The translations under genes were made by a program, and so were the position numbers. The notes under the pieces are model-generated. The model was given only the letters and a program-made list of their open reading frames with translations. It ran no database searches and had not been told where the DNA came from. A stretch of 64,000 nt of DNA from Utricularia gibba (taxonomy: Eukaryota > Plantae > Magnoliophyta), in assembly GCA_002189035.1 (NCBI GenBank), contig NEEC01000020.1:1798001-1862000 (forward strand), given 5' to 3'. Below are positions 49,756 to 60,610 of this stretch, piece by piece; the stretch's first letter is position 1; every line of letters begins with the position of its first letter.

Positions 49756-52700
49756 GTTTCATGTTTGAATGTGTAACTTGCATGAATGACCTGTTTTTTC
49801 ATGCACAGTTAGAACCCCAGAAATCTGATGATGAATTTAATCCATTCTTGCACAGTTTAATCTCAGATTAAGTGCAGTAACCACTATTTGTTGCTTGTAG
49901 TGCTGATTTATCTACTCTGTTTTCTGTTTGTAGTTTTGGAGCCAATAGAAGTATTTTATCAATTATAGTTAAAGTAGTGAATCATTTCAACAAAGACCTT
50001 CCTACTTAATTCAACTTATGCATAGGATCAACAATGAAAAATCGTTTATTCTCTATAGATCGATCTAGATTTATTATTATTATTTTAATTTCTTTGTACA
50101 TTATATGTAGATTTGTATGATCAGAATACAAATTAATTTTTATGAGAAAAATCTTTAGGCTTACAAAACCTATAAAATTTTTCATTCATCACATATCAAA
50201 TAAATTTATAAACTTTAATATACACAACTTCAATGGATTAAATCAAAGTAAACATAAAAAGTCTGCACTTTTTATCCCAAGCGTGGCTCATTAGTTATTA
50301 TATTTTGAAGCAGATTTACAATATAAAGTAAACGAGGTTTTTATTAAGTATTTCAGTGGATAGATTACCTTATTCAAAGATAAAAGTGGTGTGGTTCGGA
50401 AGGACCAGATACTAAATTAGTAAAAGATACTTTTCTTCTTGATGCATCATTCCAAAAATTTATTTAAAAGTCTAATGGACAGATATTTTTCTAATTGTCT
50501 TGGGTTCAGAAATTTTTCCCCATAAAATCATTTATACAATCTTACAAATATTTTACTAGAAAATAAATGAAGTTGTGAAACGTTTACATCAATCCAAGAA
50601 ACTAATAGGTTTTCAGCTATAAGTTTCATGCATAAGTTAAATTAAACACGATTTGGAAGATGATGAAAAAAACAAACTTCTCTAAGAAAACTAGGGATCT
50701 TATTAAACAAAATAACTTACTAGCATTTGGTAAGCATTTAAATTTAAGCAAACATGTTCTGATTCAAAGCTAGTAAACACATTTCCAAGTTAAACCCTAC
50801 CATAGGTAATGCAATTTTAACAGTAACAGTAAACAAGCACAACCAGGCAGATCAAACGCATTTAATGAAACAGTTGCATAGCTGACATGTCTAAATAATA
50901 AAAGTAGTAAATAAAAGTGCCGAAATATTTTGATTGGTCTTCTTATTGAAACGGATCTTTAGGAGAGATTTCGTTCATCATCATTCCTATTCCTTTTTTT
51001 TCCCTCATAATGCTCCTTTTTCCAATACAGATACAGAAATCTGTAAAGATAGGTTTGAACTCAGAATTTAACACCTTATATTGATGATTTCTGTACTCTT
51101 CCAATAAAGCAAGCCTCCATGCATTTGATCAGGAAGAACAACAACAGTTCACATGTTCTAAAAAGAAAGAAAGCATGCTCCAGCAACAGTGATTCACTTG
51201 CCAAATTCATATGAGAAATTGCTGATTCCATTTTTTACCATATTAATTTCAAGGAGAAGTTCAGGTTTTGGAATCAATGGAGATCATTTATTTGTTGACA
51301 AAACCAGTTCATTGTTAATTATTTTTGCGTTTCTTATGGCTGAATGATTATTTAGCAAGTTCTCAATCTTATTCGGCTTTGATAGTTCTTTTAGAAGATA
51401 GTTCACTACTCGAGTAAAAACTTCATTAGATGCGTTGGTGCTTTTATTAATTTCATGTTATTTATCTTTTTTAATAATATGAGAATGGGAATGATGTGTA
51501 TGCTGTGATGAACATCTAAGGGTCTGTTTACTTTTATTAGCTTCAAATTAGTAATTCATTGACCCCCAAGCAGCGTGTAGGTGAACATGATGCCCAAAAC
51601 TAAACAATTATATTTATTGTTTTCTCTTATAATTAAGTGCAAAACTTCAAAGATTTCATTGGAGATCTTTCAAATGCCTTTTGTGAATCAACATGGTGAT
51701 TTATTTTAAAAATTGGTTTAAAAAAAAAATAACAATCGTACGGATATCAGTAAACTGCACAACCCCATTTTCTCAAATTAGTAATCCATTGACCTCCGAT
51801 GCACCTTGTTGGCGAATTTGATGACCAAATCCAAGCACTTATATTCATTCTTTTCCCTTATAATTAAACGGGAAACTTCAAATATTTCATCGAAGTTCCT
51901 TCAAATGTTTTTCTTGTAAATAGACATGGTAATTGCGCTAAAATTCACAACCCCATTCTCTCAAATTAAAAATATCACAACATACCTGCATTGGAAGTGC
52001 CTTCCTTTTTTAAAAAAAAAAAAAATTTTGAGAATCTCAAATGTGTGCGTTGCGGTGCTTACAATTTTTTATGAAACAATTAAAAATGTCACAAACACTG
52101 CAAATTACGTTTGTAGTGCTTGACCATTTATAAAAAAAAAAAATTGCAAGTACTACAAATGTGCATTGCGATGCTGACAATTTATTTAAAAAAAATATCA
52201 AAACAACACAAATGCGTGTGTTTTCGGTGCTGGCCCATTTATAAAAATAATTATTTTTAAAAAATAAGTTGGGGTATTGCAGATTGCACTACCGCACGAT
52301 CCGATTCTCTCAATTTGGTAAAGTCACAAGCATTGCGCGCTGGTTGCCCGGTTATATAAAAAATTACAAGGCCCACAAATGCGCATCGTTGTGGGTATAC
52401 TTTTTATATAAAAATTAGAAAATCACAAGTATTGCAAATGCGCATTTCCGGTGATGGTCTATTTATTAGAAAAAAAAAGTTGCACCACCAATATCCATTA
52501 TGGTGCTTACATTTTTTTCTAAAAACATTTAAAATATCATAAACACTGCAAATGTACGTTGGCCATGCTTGCCTATTTATAAAAATAAATTGCAAGTAAC
52601 AGTATTGTGATGCTTATGCTTTTTTGTCAAAAAAACTAAACAAAAACCGCAAGTATCACAGTTATTTGGTTTAAGTGCTTGTTCTTTTATTAAAAAAAAA

Positions 52701-52939
52701 AATCCAAGCAAAATGCACGTTTACCGTGCTTACCCATCTATTAGAAAATTGCAAGCAACAATTTTTTTTTAATAACTGATCAAGAAATTTTTTTTTAATA
52801 ATTAATAAGGTTTGAGTCATCCGATTTAATGAAATCTGCACGACCTGACTTGTCGTTTTAAAAAACATTTTATATAATTTATTCTCTAATTAAAAATATC
52901 ACATTAGTTTTCATGTAATTAGATTGTAATAGTTTATCC

Positions 52940-54110
52940 GGTTTAAAGGTGTGCCAAGTCAAAAGATGCTTGTACTTTGCAATTGAAATATGTGCTTTGT
53001 CTTCTGGATTGCAAGGTATGAATATGCAAGTCATTATAACTAGATACTGTGAGAGACGATGAGCGAGATGGTAAGAAACAACAACCTCCACAGGTTGGAT
53101 GAGCAAGATACGTCTCTAACAATGGTCTTATATTAAGATTCCAGTCGTCATTGCTCCAACGGGATTATCAATAAAACATTGTGTTGCTCTTGAACATTGT
53201 TCTTTAACAATGACCTCTCGATTCAAATAATCTGGATTTTAGTTGGATAAAATGTGCTATTATGATAAAATGTTATTTATATTTTATTAAATTTACATTC
53301 TACTTCTCAAACAATAATATTTTTGTTATATGAGAAATGTTGTTTTCAAATCAATGGGCACAGGTCGCAACTTGCCGGGTAATAAGTCAGACTCATCGAG
53401 TTATGAGCCATTACGGATTCACGAGTAGACAAGTTGACAGTTTTTGACGCCCAACTCATATCGTACCTGAGTTGACTCGTTACTTGTCTATTCTTCGAGT
53501 CAACCTAGTATGAATTTGTCAACCCGTATTTTCATCTTATTTTGTTAACATATTATTCTAATTTTAAGTTAATTATTTATTGTATGAGAATGTTTTTATT
53601 TATATATAATCTATTTAATCATTAAATATTTGATTTCAAATATAAAGTTTTCCTTATTTTTTTATCAGGCTTGTTTAGCTGTATATAATATAGGTGGAGC
53701 TCAAAACTTTTTTTTAATAATATCAATTTACAAATATTAAATGAAAAAGACATAAAAACTAAATTAAGAAAATTAATCAATTTCAGAACTCCCTAAAACT
53801 CAGCATAGTATATGTTGAATAAAAATAAAAGTAATGTTAATAACTAAAATTATCCAGGTAAGTCACCGAATCGAAAATCACCGATTCGACTCGTACTTGT
53901 TTTTCACGAGTATAGATAAATCATACCATTCTGTATGTGTGGACTCACGCCTAAACTTGGTTGACCTGTACTCATGTCCAAGTCTAGATGTTATTAAAAA
54001 GATCCTTTTATGGTGCATGGCTCTTCATTTGTTGACAACACCAGTTCTTCGTTGATTGTTTTTTTTTTCTGATGGTTGTATCTTATGGATGAAGAATCAT
54101 TTAGCAAGTT
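52940..54110 (+). pseudogene. Myb/SANT-like (Myb_DNA-bind_3-type) pseudogene, interrupted by a MITE
   Basis: MSEMVRNNNLHRLDEQ, SGF[S]W[D] remnant at ~53232, and C-terminal DPLW block at ~54000. Confidence 0.6.
53356..53990. mobile_element. MITE inserted into a Myb/SANT pseudogene
   Basis: Imperfect TIR GGCACAGGTCGCAAC / GTTGACCTGTACTC. It splits AATGG|ATG, which is contiguous in the 57860 copy. Confidence 0.6.
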
Positions 54111-55339
54111 ATCGATCTCTTTTGGCTTCGATTCTTTAGAAGCTAGCTCACCACTCTAGTAAAAAGTAAATTGGATATGTTGATGTTTTCAATAGTTTAT
54201 GTTGTTTACCTTTTTTAATACTTCTAGAATGGAAATGATGCGCATAATGTGATGAACATCTAAGAGTCTATATATGTTTATAAGCTTCATGGACTGCACT
54301 GAATTCCATGACCCCCAGTTTCTCAAATCAGTAATGCATTGGGCCCAAATGTGATGACCAAATCCAAACAATTACATTCTTCTTTTCCCTTATAGTTAAA
54401 TGGGAAAATTCAATGATTTCATAGAAGCTCTTTCAAATATTTTTCTTAGAAATCATGATGGTGATTTATTAAAAAAATGGGGGAGCAATAACCGCACAAC
54501 CCCATTATCTCAAATTGAAAATATCACAACAAATGTGCATTGGAAGTGTGTTCCAATTTTTTCTAAAAAAAATAACGATGTGGTGCTTATGTTTTTTTTT
54601 ATATATAAAGTAAAAATATTACAAGCGCTGCAAATGTGTATTGCGTTGCTTATGCTTTTTTATATATAAAAAAATAAAATATCATCAATAATGCAAATGT
54701 ACATTTTCCATGCTTGCTCATTTATAAAAAATAATTATTTTTTTAATAGAAGTTGGGGGATTCTCTTAATTTAGTAATATCAAATTTATGAAAAAAATAT
54801 TTTTAAAAACAAAATAAGTGGGATTGTGTAGATTGCATTAAATTATATGATCTTATTCTTCAAATTTGTAATATGAAAAATATTGCAAGATATGTATTTA
54901 CGGTTCCATTTATATAAAAATTGCAAGCACTACAAATAAACATTGCACTACTTACATCTTTTATAAAAATGTCACAAGCACTTTAAATAGGCATTTGGTA
55001 TGCGTACCTATTAATAAAAAAAATTGCAACAACCGCCCATGTGTATTGGGCAGCTTATGCTTTTTTATAGAAAAAACTAAAAAAACAAGTATCACACTTG
55101 CGTGTTTTCAGTGCTTATTCTTTTACAAAAAAAAAAAAATGCAAGCAACAATTTTTTTTAATAACTGACTAAGAAGACAATTTTTTTAATAATTTATAAG
55201 GTTTGGGTCATACAATCTAATTAAATTTGTACGACCCGAGTAGTTTTTTTAAAAAACATTTTTTAAAATTTAATTTCTAATTAAAAATATGACATCAATT
55301 TTTTTTTTTTATGTATTAGGACTATATTAGAGTTATAGA

Positions 55340-55630
55340 GGTTAAAAGTGAGAGAACTCAAAATATGCTTGCCCTTTGCAATTTCAATATATGTGTTGTC
55401 TTTGCTATGATCAGGTATGAAGGTATAAGTAATGATAATTAAAGACACCGAGATTGTTTAAATGATGAGTGAGAAAGTAAGAAATAACAATACTCACCCA
55501 TTCAACGAGTAAGGAATATCTGTGCATACCTTGTTATTTATTTGGATAATATTGCAGAAGAAATTAAGGAGTATTCTTGAAAAAGACATTGTGTTATTTG
55601 GACAAAATGTCATTTATATTGTTATGAATA
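55340..55630 (+). pseudogene. Myb/SANT-like domain remnant
   Basis: KDTEIV*MMSEKVRNNNTHPFNE*G aligns with the recalled LIMYB-type MDxxFIDLMLEQVxxGNxxxHTFNKQAW. Confidence 0.6.
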
Positions 55631-56093
55631 TATTATATGTGCATTTTACTAATTAAAATGAGAAGGAAAAAAAGTAAAATGAAATTTGAGAAGAAGAGCA
55701 TAACATTCTCTAAATCTTGGATAGAAATTTATTTTACCCATTTTCTTAGGTAATTTATTATTAACCACTTCATTCCAGCTTTTTTCATCTGTCTAAAACT
55801 AAGACAATGAAAAAAAAAAAAAGACAGGTTATTTATGAGCATTCGGATATTCCCTATATTGACTCAGGTCTAGTAGAATCCTTTGCACCAAACAATATGA
55901 GATGCAAGGTACTAAACAGCACGATCTGATTCTCTCAATTTGGTAATATCACAAGTATTGCAAATGTTCATTGCGATGCTGACACCTTTTATAAAAAAAA
56001 TATCAAAAACAATGCAAATGTGCGTTTTGTGCTTGCTCATTTATAAAAAATAATTCTTTTTTCAAAATAAGTTGGGGACGTGCAGATTGCACA

Positions 56094-56743
56094 TAGAGTT
56101 GCGATTGGTTCCAACAGGAATCACGGTTCCATTCCCATACATGGGTGTCTGTACGGTTCTAGTTTGGTTTGATATTATTGGAACTAATGGTTCCAACTCA
56201 TGCAAAACTGATTGGATCGCTGGTTCGCAATTGTGAACCATCGACTCAATTTAAAATATTAAAAAATTCCTATATGTAATTCCTAGACATCTATATAAGA
56301 CAATGTGGATATCTAGAAAATAATCCCAAATGCACTTCCCACATATACATACGGGCTAATGTGAGTGATTGGAGTAAGGATTTTCAGATTTTCGATGCCC
56401 ACAGTAGTGGATCTAGGCATCTAAAACAAATTCCACCAATTATTCATTAAATTAGGTCACGATTCATCTTCAATATCATTTGAAAAACAAAATCATGCAA
56501 TGGGTTAACTAATTCACATCCAACCCACTATTCCCACCTTCAATACGAGCTTAATTAGCTAACATAAGTCTCTCAATTGAACGTAATCATTACATTCAGA
56601 CAGTAACCGATCTACTCCGATTTAGTTCAAGGGTTTTGGAATCTAGTTTCGAACCAAAACCAAAACCATGGTACACAGTGAACCACAGTTTATGAATTGA
56701 TGGTTCACTAAAACCGTATGGTTCGGAACCAATCGCACCTCTA
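56094..56743. mobile_element. hAT-type MITE (650 bp)
   Basis: TIR TAGAGTTGCGATTGGTTCC / GGAACCAATCGCACCTCTA; 8-bp TSD ATTGCACA / ATTGCACT; GGTTC/GAACC-rich subtermini. Confidence 0.88.
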
Positions 56744-57299
56744 ATTGCACTAAACAGCATTATCTGATTCTCTCAATTTGATAATATCACAAGGATTGAA
56801 AATATGCATTGGTGGTCCTTGTCAATTTATAAAAAAAATTGCAACAACTGCAAATATGCATTGCGGTGGTTTCCTGTTTATTGAAAGTAATTACAAGGGC
56901 CAAGAATGTGCATTGTGGTCATATGGTGGTTATATTTTTTTATATAAAAATTAGAATTATCACAAGTATTGCAAATGTGCATTTGCAATGTTTGCACATT
57001 TATGAAAATTTTTTGAAAAAAAAAGCAAGTTGAGATTGTGCATAATGCACTAAACTGCACGATCCTATTCTCTCATATTCATAATATCAAAAATATTGCA
57101 AGCACCACCAATATACATTGCATTGGTTAACAAACAGTGCAAATGTGCGTTTGTGATGCTTGCCTATATGTATATATATATATACGTATAAACGCAAGTA
57201 CCACAAATGTGTATTGTGATGCTTATCCTTCTTTATAAAAAACTTAACAAAAATCAAAAGTATCACAATGATTTGTTTTAAGTGCTTTTTTTTTATCGG

Positions 57300-58000
57300 G
57301 CATGAAGGTGAGCCAAGTCCAAATATACTTGTCGTTTTAATTTTAATATGTGCTTTGTCTTGTGGATGGCAAGGTATGAATATCTAGCTAGATAATGTGA
57401 GATTGTTTAGACGATGAGCTACACAGTAAGAAACAACGACCCCCACAGAATCGATGACCTGCCATCAGTAAAACATTGTGTTAAGATTCAAGGGTCGGCG
57501 ATGAGCTAGATATGTCTCTAACAAGCCTTCCGTTAAGATTCAAGGGTCGGCGAGCGTCCAGACAAAAGCTCGAATGGGCATCATCAGTAAAACATTGTGT
57601 TATTCTTGAGCATTGTTCTCTAAAAATGACCTGACAATTCAATTAATATGGTTTTTATTTGGATAATGTTGCAGAAGAAATTAAGGACCATTCTTGAATA
57701 AGACATTGTGTTATTATGACAAATTGTTATTTATATTGTTATTAAAATTACATTCTACTTCTTACACAAGAACATGCTATATGAGAAATGTGTTAGGGCA
57801 TATTGACTTTGAATCTGATCCATGGCCTTTGATATCTGAAAGTGCTAAAGTTTTCAAATTAATGGATGGTATCAAGGAAGGAGATCCTTTATGGTGTGTT
57901 ACTGCTCATTTTTTCACAAAATCAGTTCATCATGAATTGCTTTTATCTCTCAAGCATGATACAAGATGTATCTTATGACTGAAGCATCATTTAGCAAGTT
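57300..58000 (+). pseudogene. Most complete Myb/SANT-like pseudogene copy
   Basis: TMSYTVRNNDPH, GFYLDN (SGFxWD), KTLCYYDKLLFIL (IPYYDKLCIIF-like), VFKLMDGIKEGDPLWCVTAHFFTKSVHHELLLSLKHDTRCIL*LKHHL. Confidence 0.7.
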
Positions 58001-58319
58001 CTCAATCTCCTTTAACTTCTATAGTTTTTTCAAAGGCCAGCTCACCACGCAACTAAGAAGTCCATTGGATATGTTCATGTTTTTATTAGTTCTATGTTGT
58101 TTACGTTTTTTAATGCTTCAAGAATGTGAATGATGTGCATGGTGTGATGAACATCAAAGGGCTTTTATATGTTTATTAGCTTCATGGATTGCATTAACCC
58201 GCCCCCCCCCCCCCCCCCCCTCATTTTCTCAAATTAGTAGTGCATTGCCCCCAATGCACCCCATTGGCAAATATGATTACCAAATCCAAATACTTTCTTC
58301 TTTTCCCTTGTAATCAAAT

Positions 58320-59676
58320 TGTTATGGTATGCAGTCTCTAGTGTCATAGTTAGACATAGTGCATGTCTATTGATTATAGCTATGTATGAAGTGAATAAGG
58401 GATGGGGGTCCACATCAGTATACCGGTTGTTTCTAGCAACGAATAGAAAAGGATGCAGGTGCTAACTTAAGTAAAGACTACATGACAACCTTGGGTTAGA
58501 GGGGGTGCTGATTCATGGAGTCTTTTAAGTTCTGGAGGATAGAGTTATTTGGGAAACCTTGAGGATCAAAGTTGTAGAGGATAAGGGATACAGCAAGAGA
58601 GTGAGGGGACGTTCTTGATTCTAGTTATAAGAAGTGATTACTTCTGTAAAGAATAGACTAAATGGGATGATTGCTACTGACTTTTGTTAGAAACATGTTG
58701 CTCATGTTTCTTTCGAACAAGATGTGGCTATGCAAGCTCATGTTTATTCCTTGTCATTTGTTGTTCTGAAAGGACCAGCAGAACATGCTCTTTCGAAATG
58801 ATCATCTCTTTTGTTGACGGTATTTGAAAATCCATTTAAAGTCCCTAAAATACTCTTATTTCAGCTTTAACTGCTCCTTTTAAGGGATGGGTGCCCTTGT
58901 TGGTTGTTTTAAAGCATGTTTTCCCCTCTTGAAGTACATAAAGCTCCCAATGTTCTTTATCTATGTACTATGTGAACATATGTTAGAAAATGGTGAGGGT
59001 GTGGACCCACACTTCTAGCAACATGGTTTAAACCATGGAATTTATAGCTAACTATGTCAGACATGTATTAAGCATCCTTATGAGATAAGCGAAGCAAGAA
59101 AGATGAGGGAAACATGTTTATCTATGATATGATCTAGGCTTGGAGGTGTTGATTGGTTTGTGGCTCTTCTGATCTCTATTGAAAAGCTTTGGACAATACA
59201 TGATCCGACTCCTAAGACTTGGAGGTGATGTCTAAACCAAAGGGTCAAGGGACTTCGTTTAAGATAGGCTATGAGACTCATAATGTGCTTTGTGCTTGTT
59301 TTTTTAAATTTTACGATCAAACGTTTCTCTCTTTACTTCACTCATGTTTATCTTTTTGTAAGCTGCAGTAGCATGATCACTTCATGTCTTTAACTTGTTC
59401 TAGGTATGGAGGGCAATAGCTAGAGGTAAGGTGATCTACCAAAGTAGGAGTGCACATTTCCAAGCTGTGGAGAGCTTCTTAGTGGCTATAGGATAATAAG
59501 CTGCGTGTGGGATGTGTCCCATTTAGACTTGCTTAAGCTGGTGATGTAACAATACGTATGTAAATCGATCATAAATTGCACTTTATGTAAATTATGTGGG
59601 TAAGGTTATCTTAGATTCCTACATCTGGGGGTTGGCAGTCATGACTGTGCCTTGGCCTTGAGCATGGGTCCTGACA
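58320..59676 (+). mobile_element. Gypsy solo LTR inserted in a macro-repeat unit
   Basis: TGTTATGG...GGGTCCTGACA with perfect TSD CAAAT. Removing it restores the CCCTTxTAATxAAATGGGAAACTTC anchor. Confidence 0.9.
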
Positions 59677-60209
59677 CAAATGGGAAACTTCAAAGATTTC
59701 ATCGAAGTTCTTCAAATTAAATCAACATGGTGATTTATTAAAAATCACAACAAATGTGCATTGGGAGTGCCTTCCCAATTTTTTTTAAAAAAAATCACGA
59801 TGCGGTGTTATGTTTTTTAATAAAACATTAAAAATATTACAAGCACTGCATATGTGTATTCTGTGCTTTTGCCATTTTATAAAAAATAAATAACAAAAAC
59901 AACACAAATGTGCATTTTCAATGCTTGCCCATTTATAAAAAAAGTAATTCTCTTTTTAAAAAAGAAAAAGAAGTCGAGGATTCTCTCAATTTAGTAATAT
60001 CACAAGCATTGCAAATATGTGTTGGTGATGCTTATCCATTTATAAAAAAGTTTCCAGCACCACAAATGACAAGCGGGCATTGTGGTGCCTACGTTATTTT
60101 ATATAAAAATTAAAAATATTAAAAGTACTGCAAATGTGCGTTTAAATATTTTTATAACTAAATGTATATGACATCAATTTTTTTATGTAATAGGACTATA
60201 TTAGAGTTA

Positions 60210-60610
60210 TCAAGTGTAAAAGTGAGCGAACTCAAAATATGCTTGCCCTTTGAAATTTAAATGTGTGTTGTCTTTGATATGATGGCGTATGAAGGTATAA
60301 TAATTAAGTACTGTGAGATTGTTTAAGAATATAAGAAACAACAATCATGACGCATTCAACAAGAAATTTATATCTTTAACAATGACGTCCCATTAAGATT
60401 TAAGTGGTCAGTGAGCGGTTATACGAAGGCTTCAATGGTAGTCGTCAATAAAATATCACGTGATTCTTGAACATTGTTTTATAATAATGGACTTCCATTT
60501 GTGTTATCTGGTTTTTATTTGGATAATGTTGCAGAAGAAATTAAGGAGTTTTCATAAAAAAAATTGTCCTATTTGGACAAAATGTCATTTATATTATTAT
60601 GAATATATTA
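60210..60610 (+). pseudogene. Myb/SANT-like domain remnant
   Basis: LSGFYLDNVAEEIK; collinear with 55340-55630. Confidence 0.55.

Noticed and set aside
52879-53106. Minus-strand 75-aa ORF apparently conserved across repeat units (FIP...KHIL)
   Set aside because: Best explained as a shadow frame. The plus strand of the same DNA carries recognisable Myb/SANT motifs collinear with the downstream SGFxWD and YYDKL blocks.
51950-60140. CRISPR-like look of palindromic repeats with spacers
   Set aside because: Plant nuclear context, no cas genes, degenerate repeats, and spacers that are A/T homopolymer tracts rather than unique sequences.
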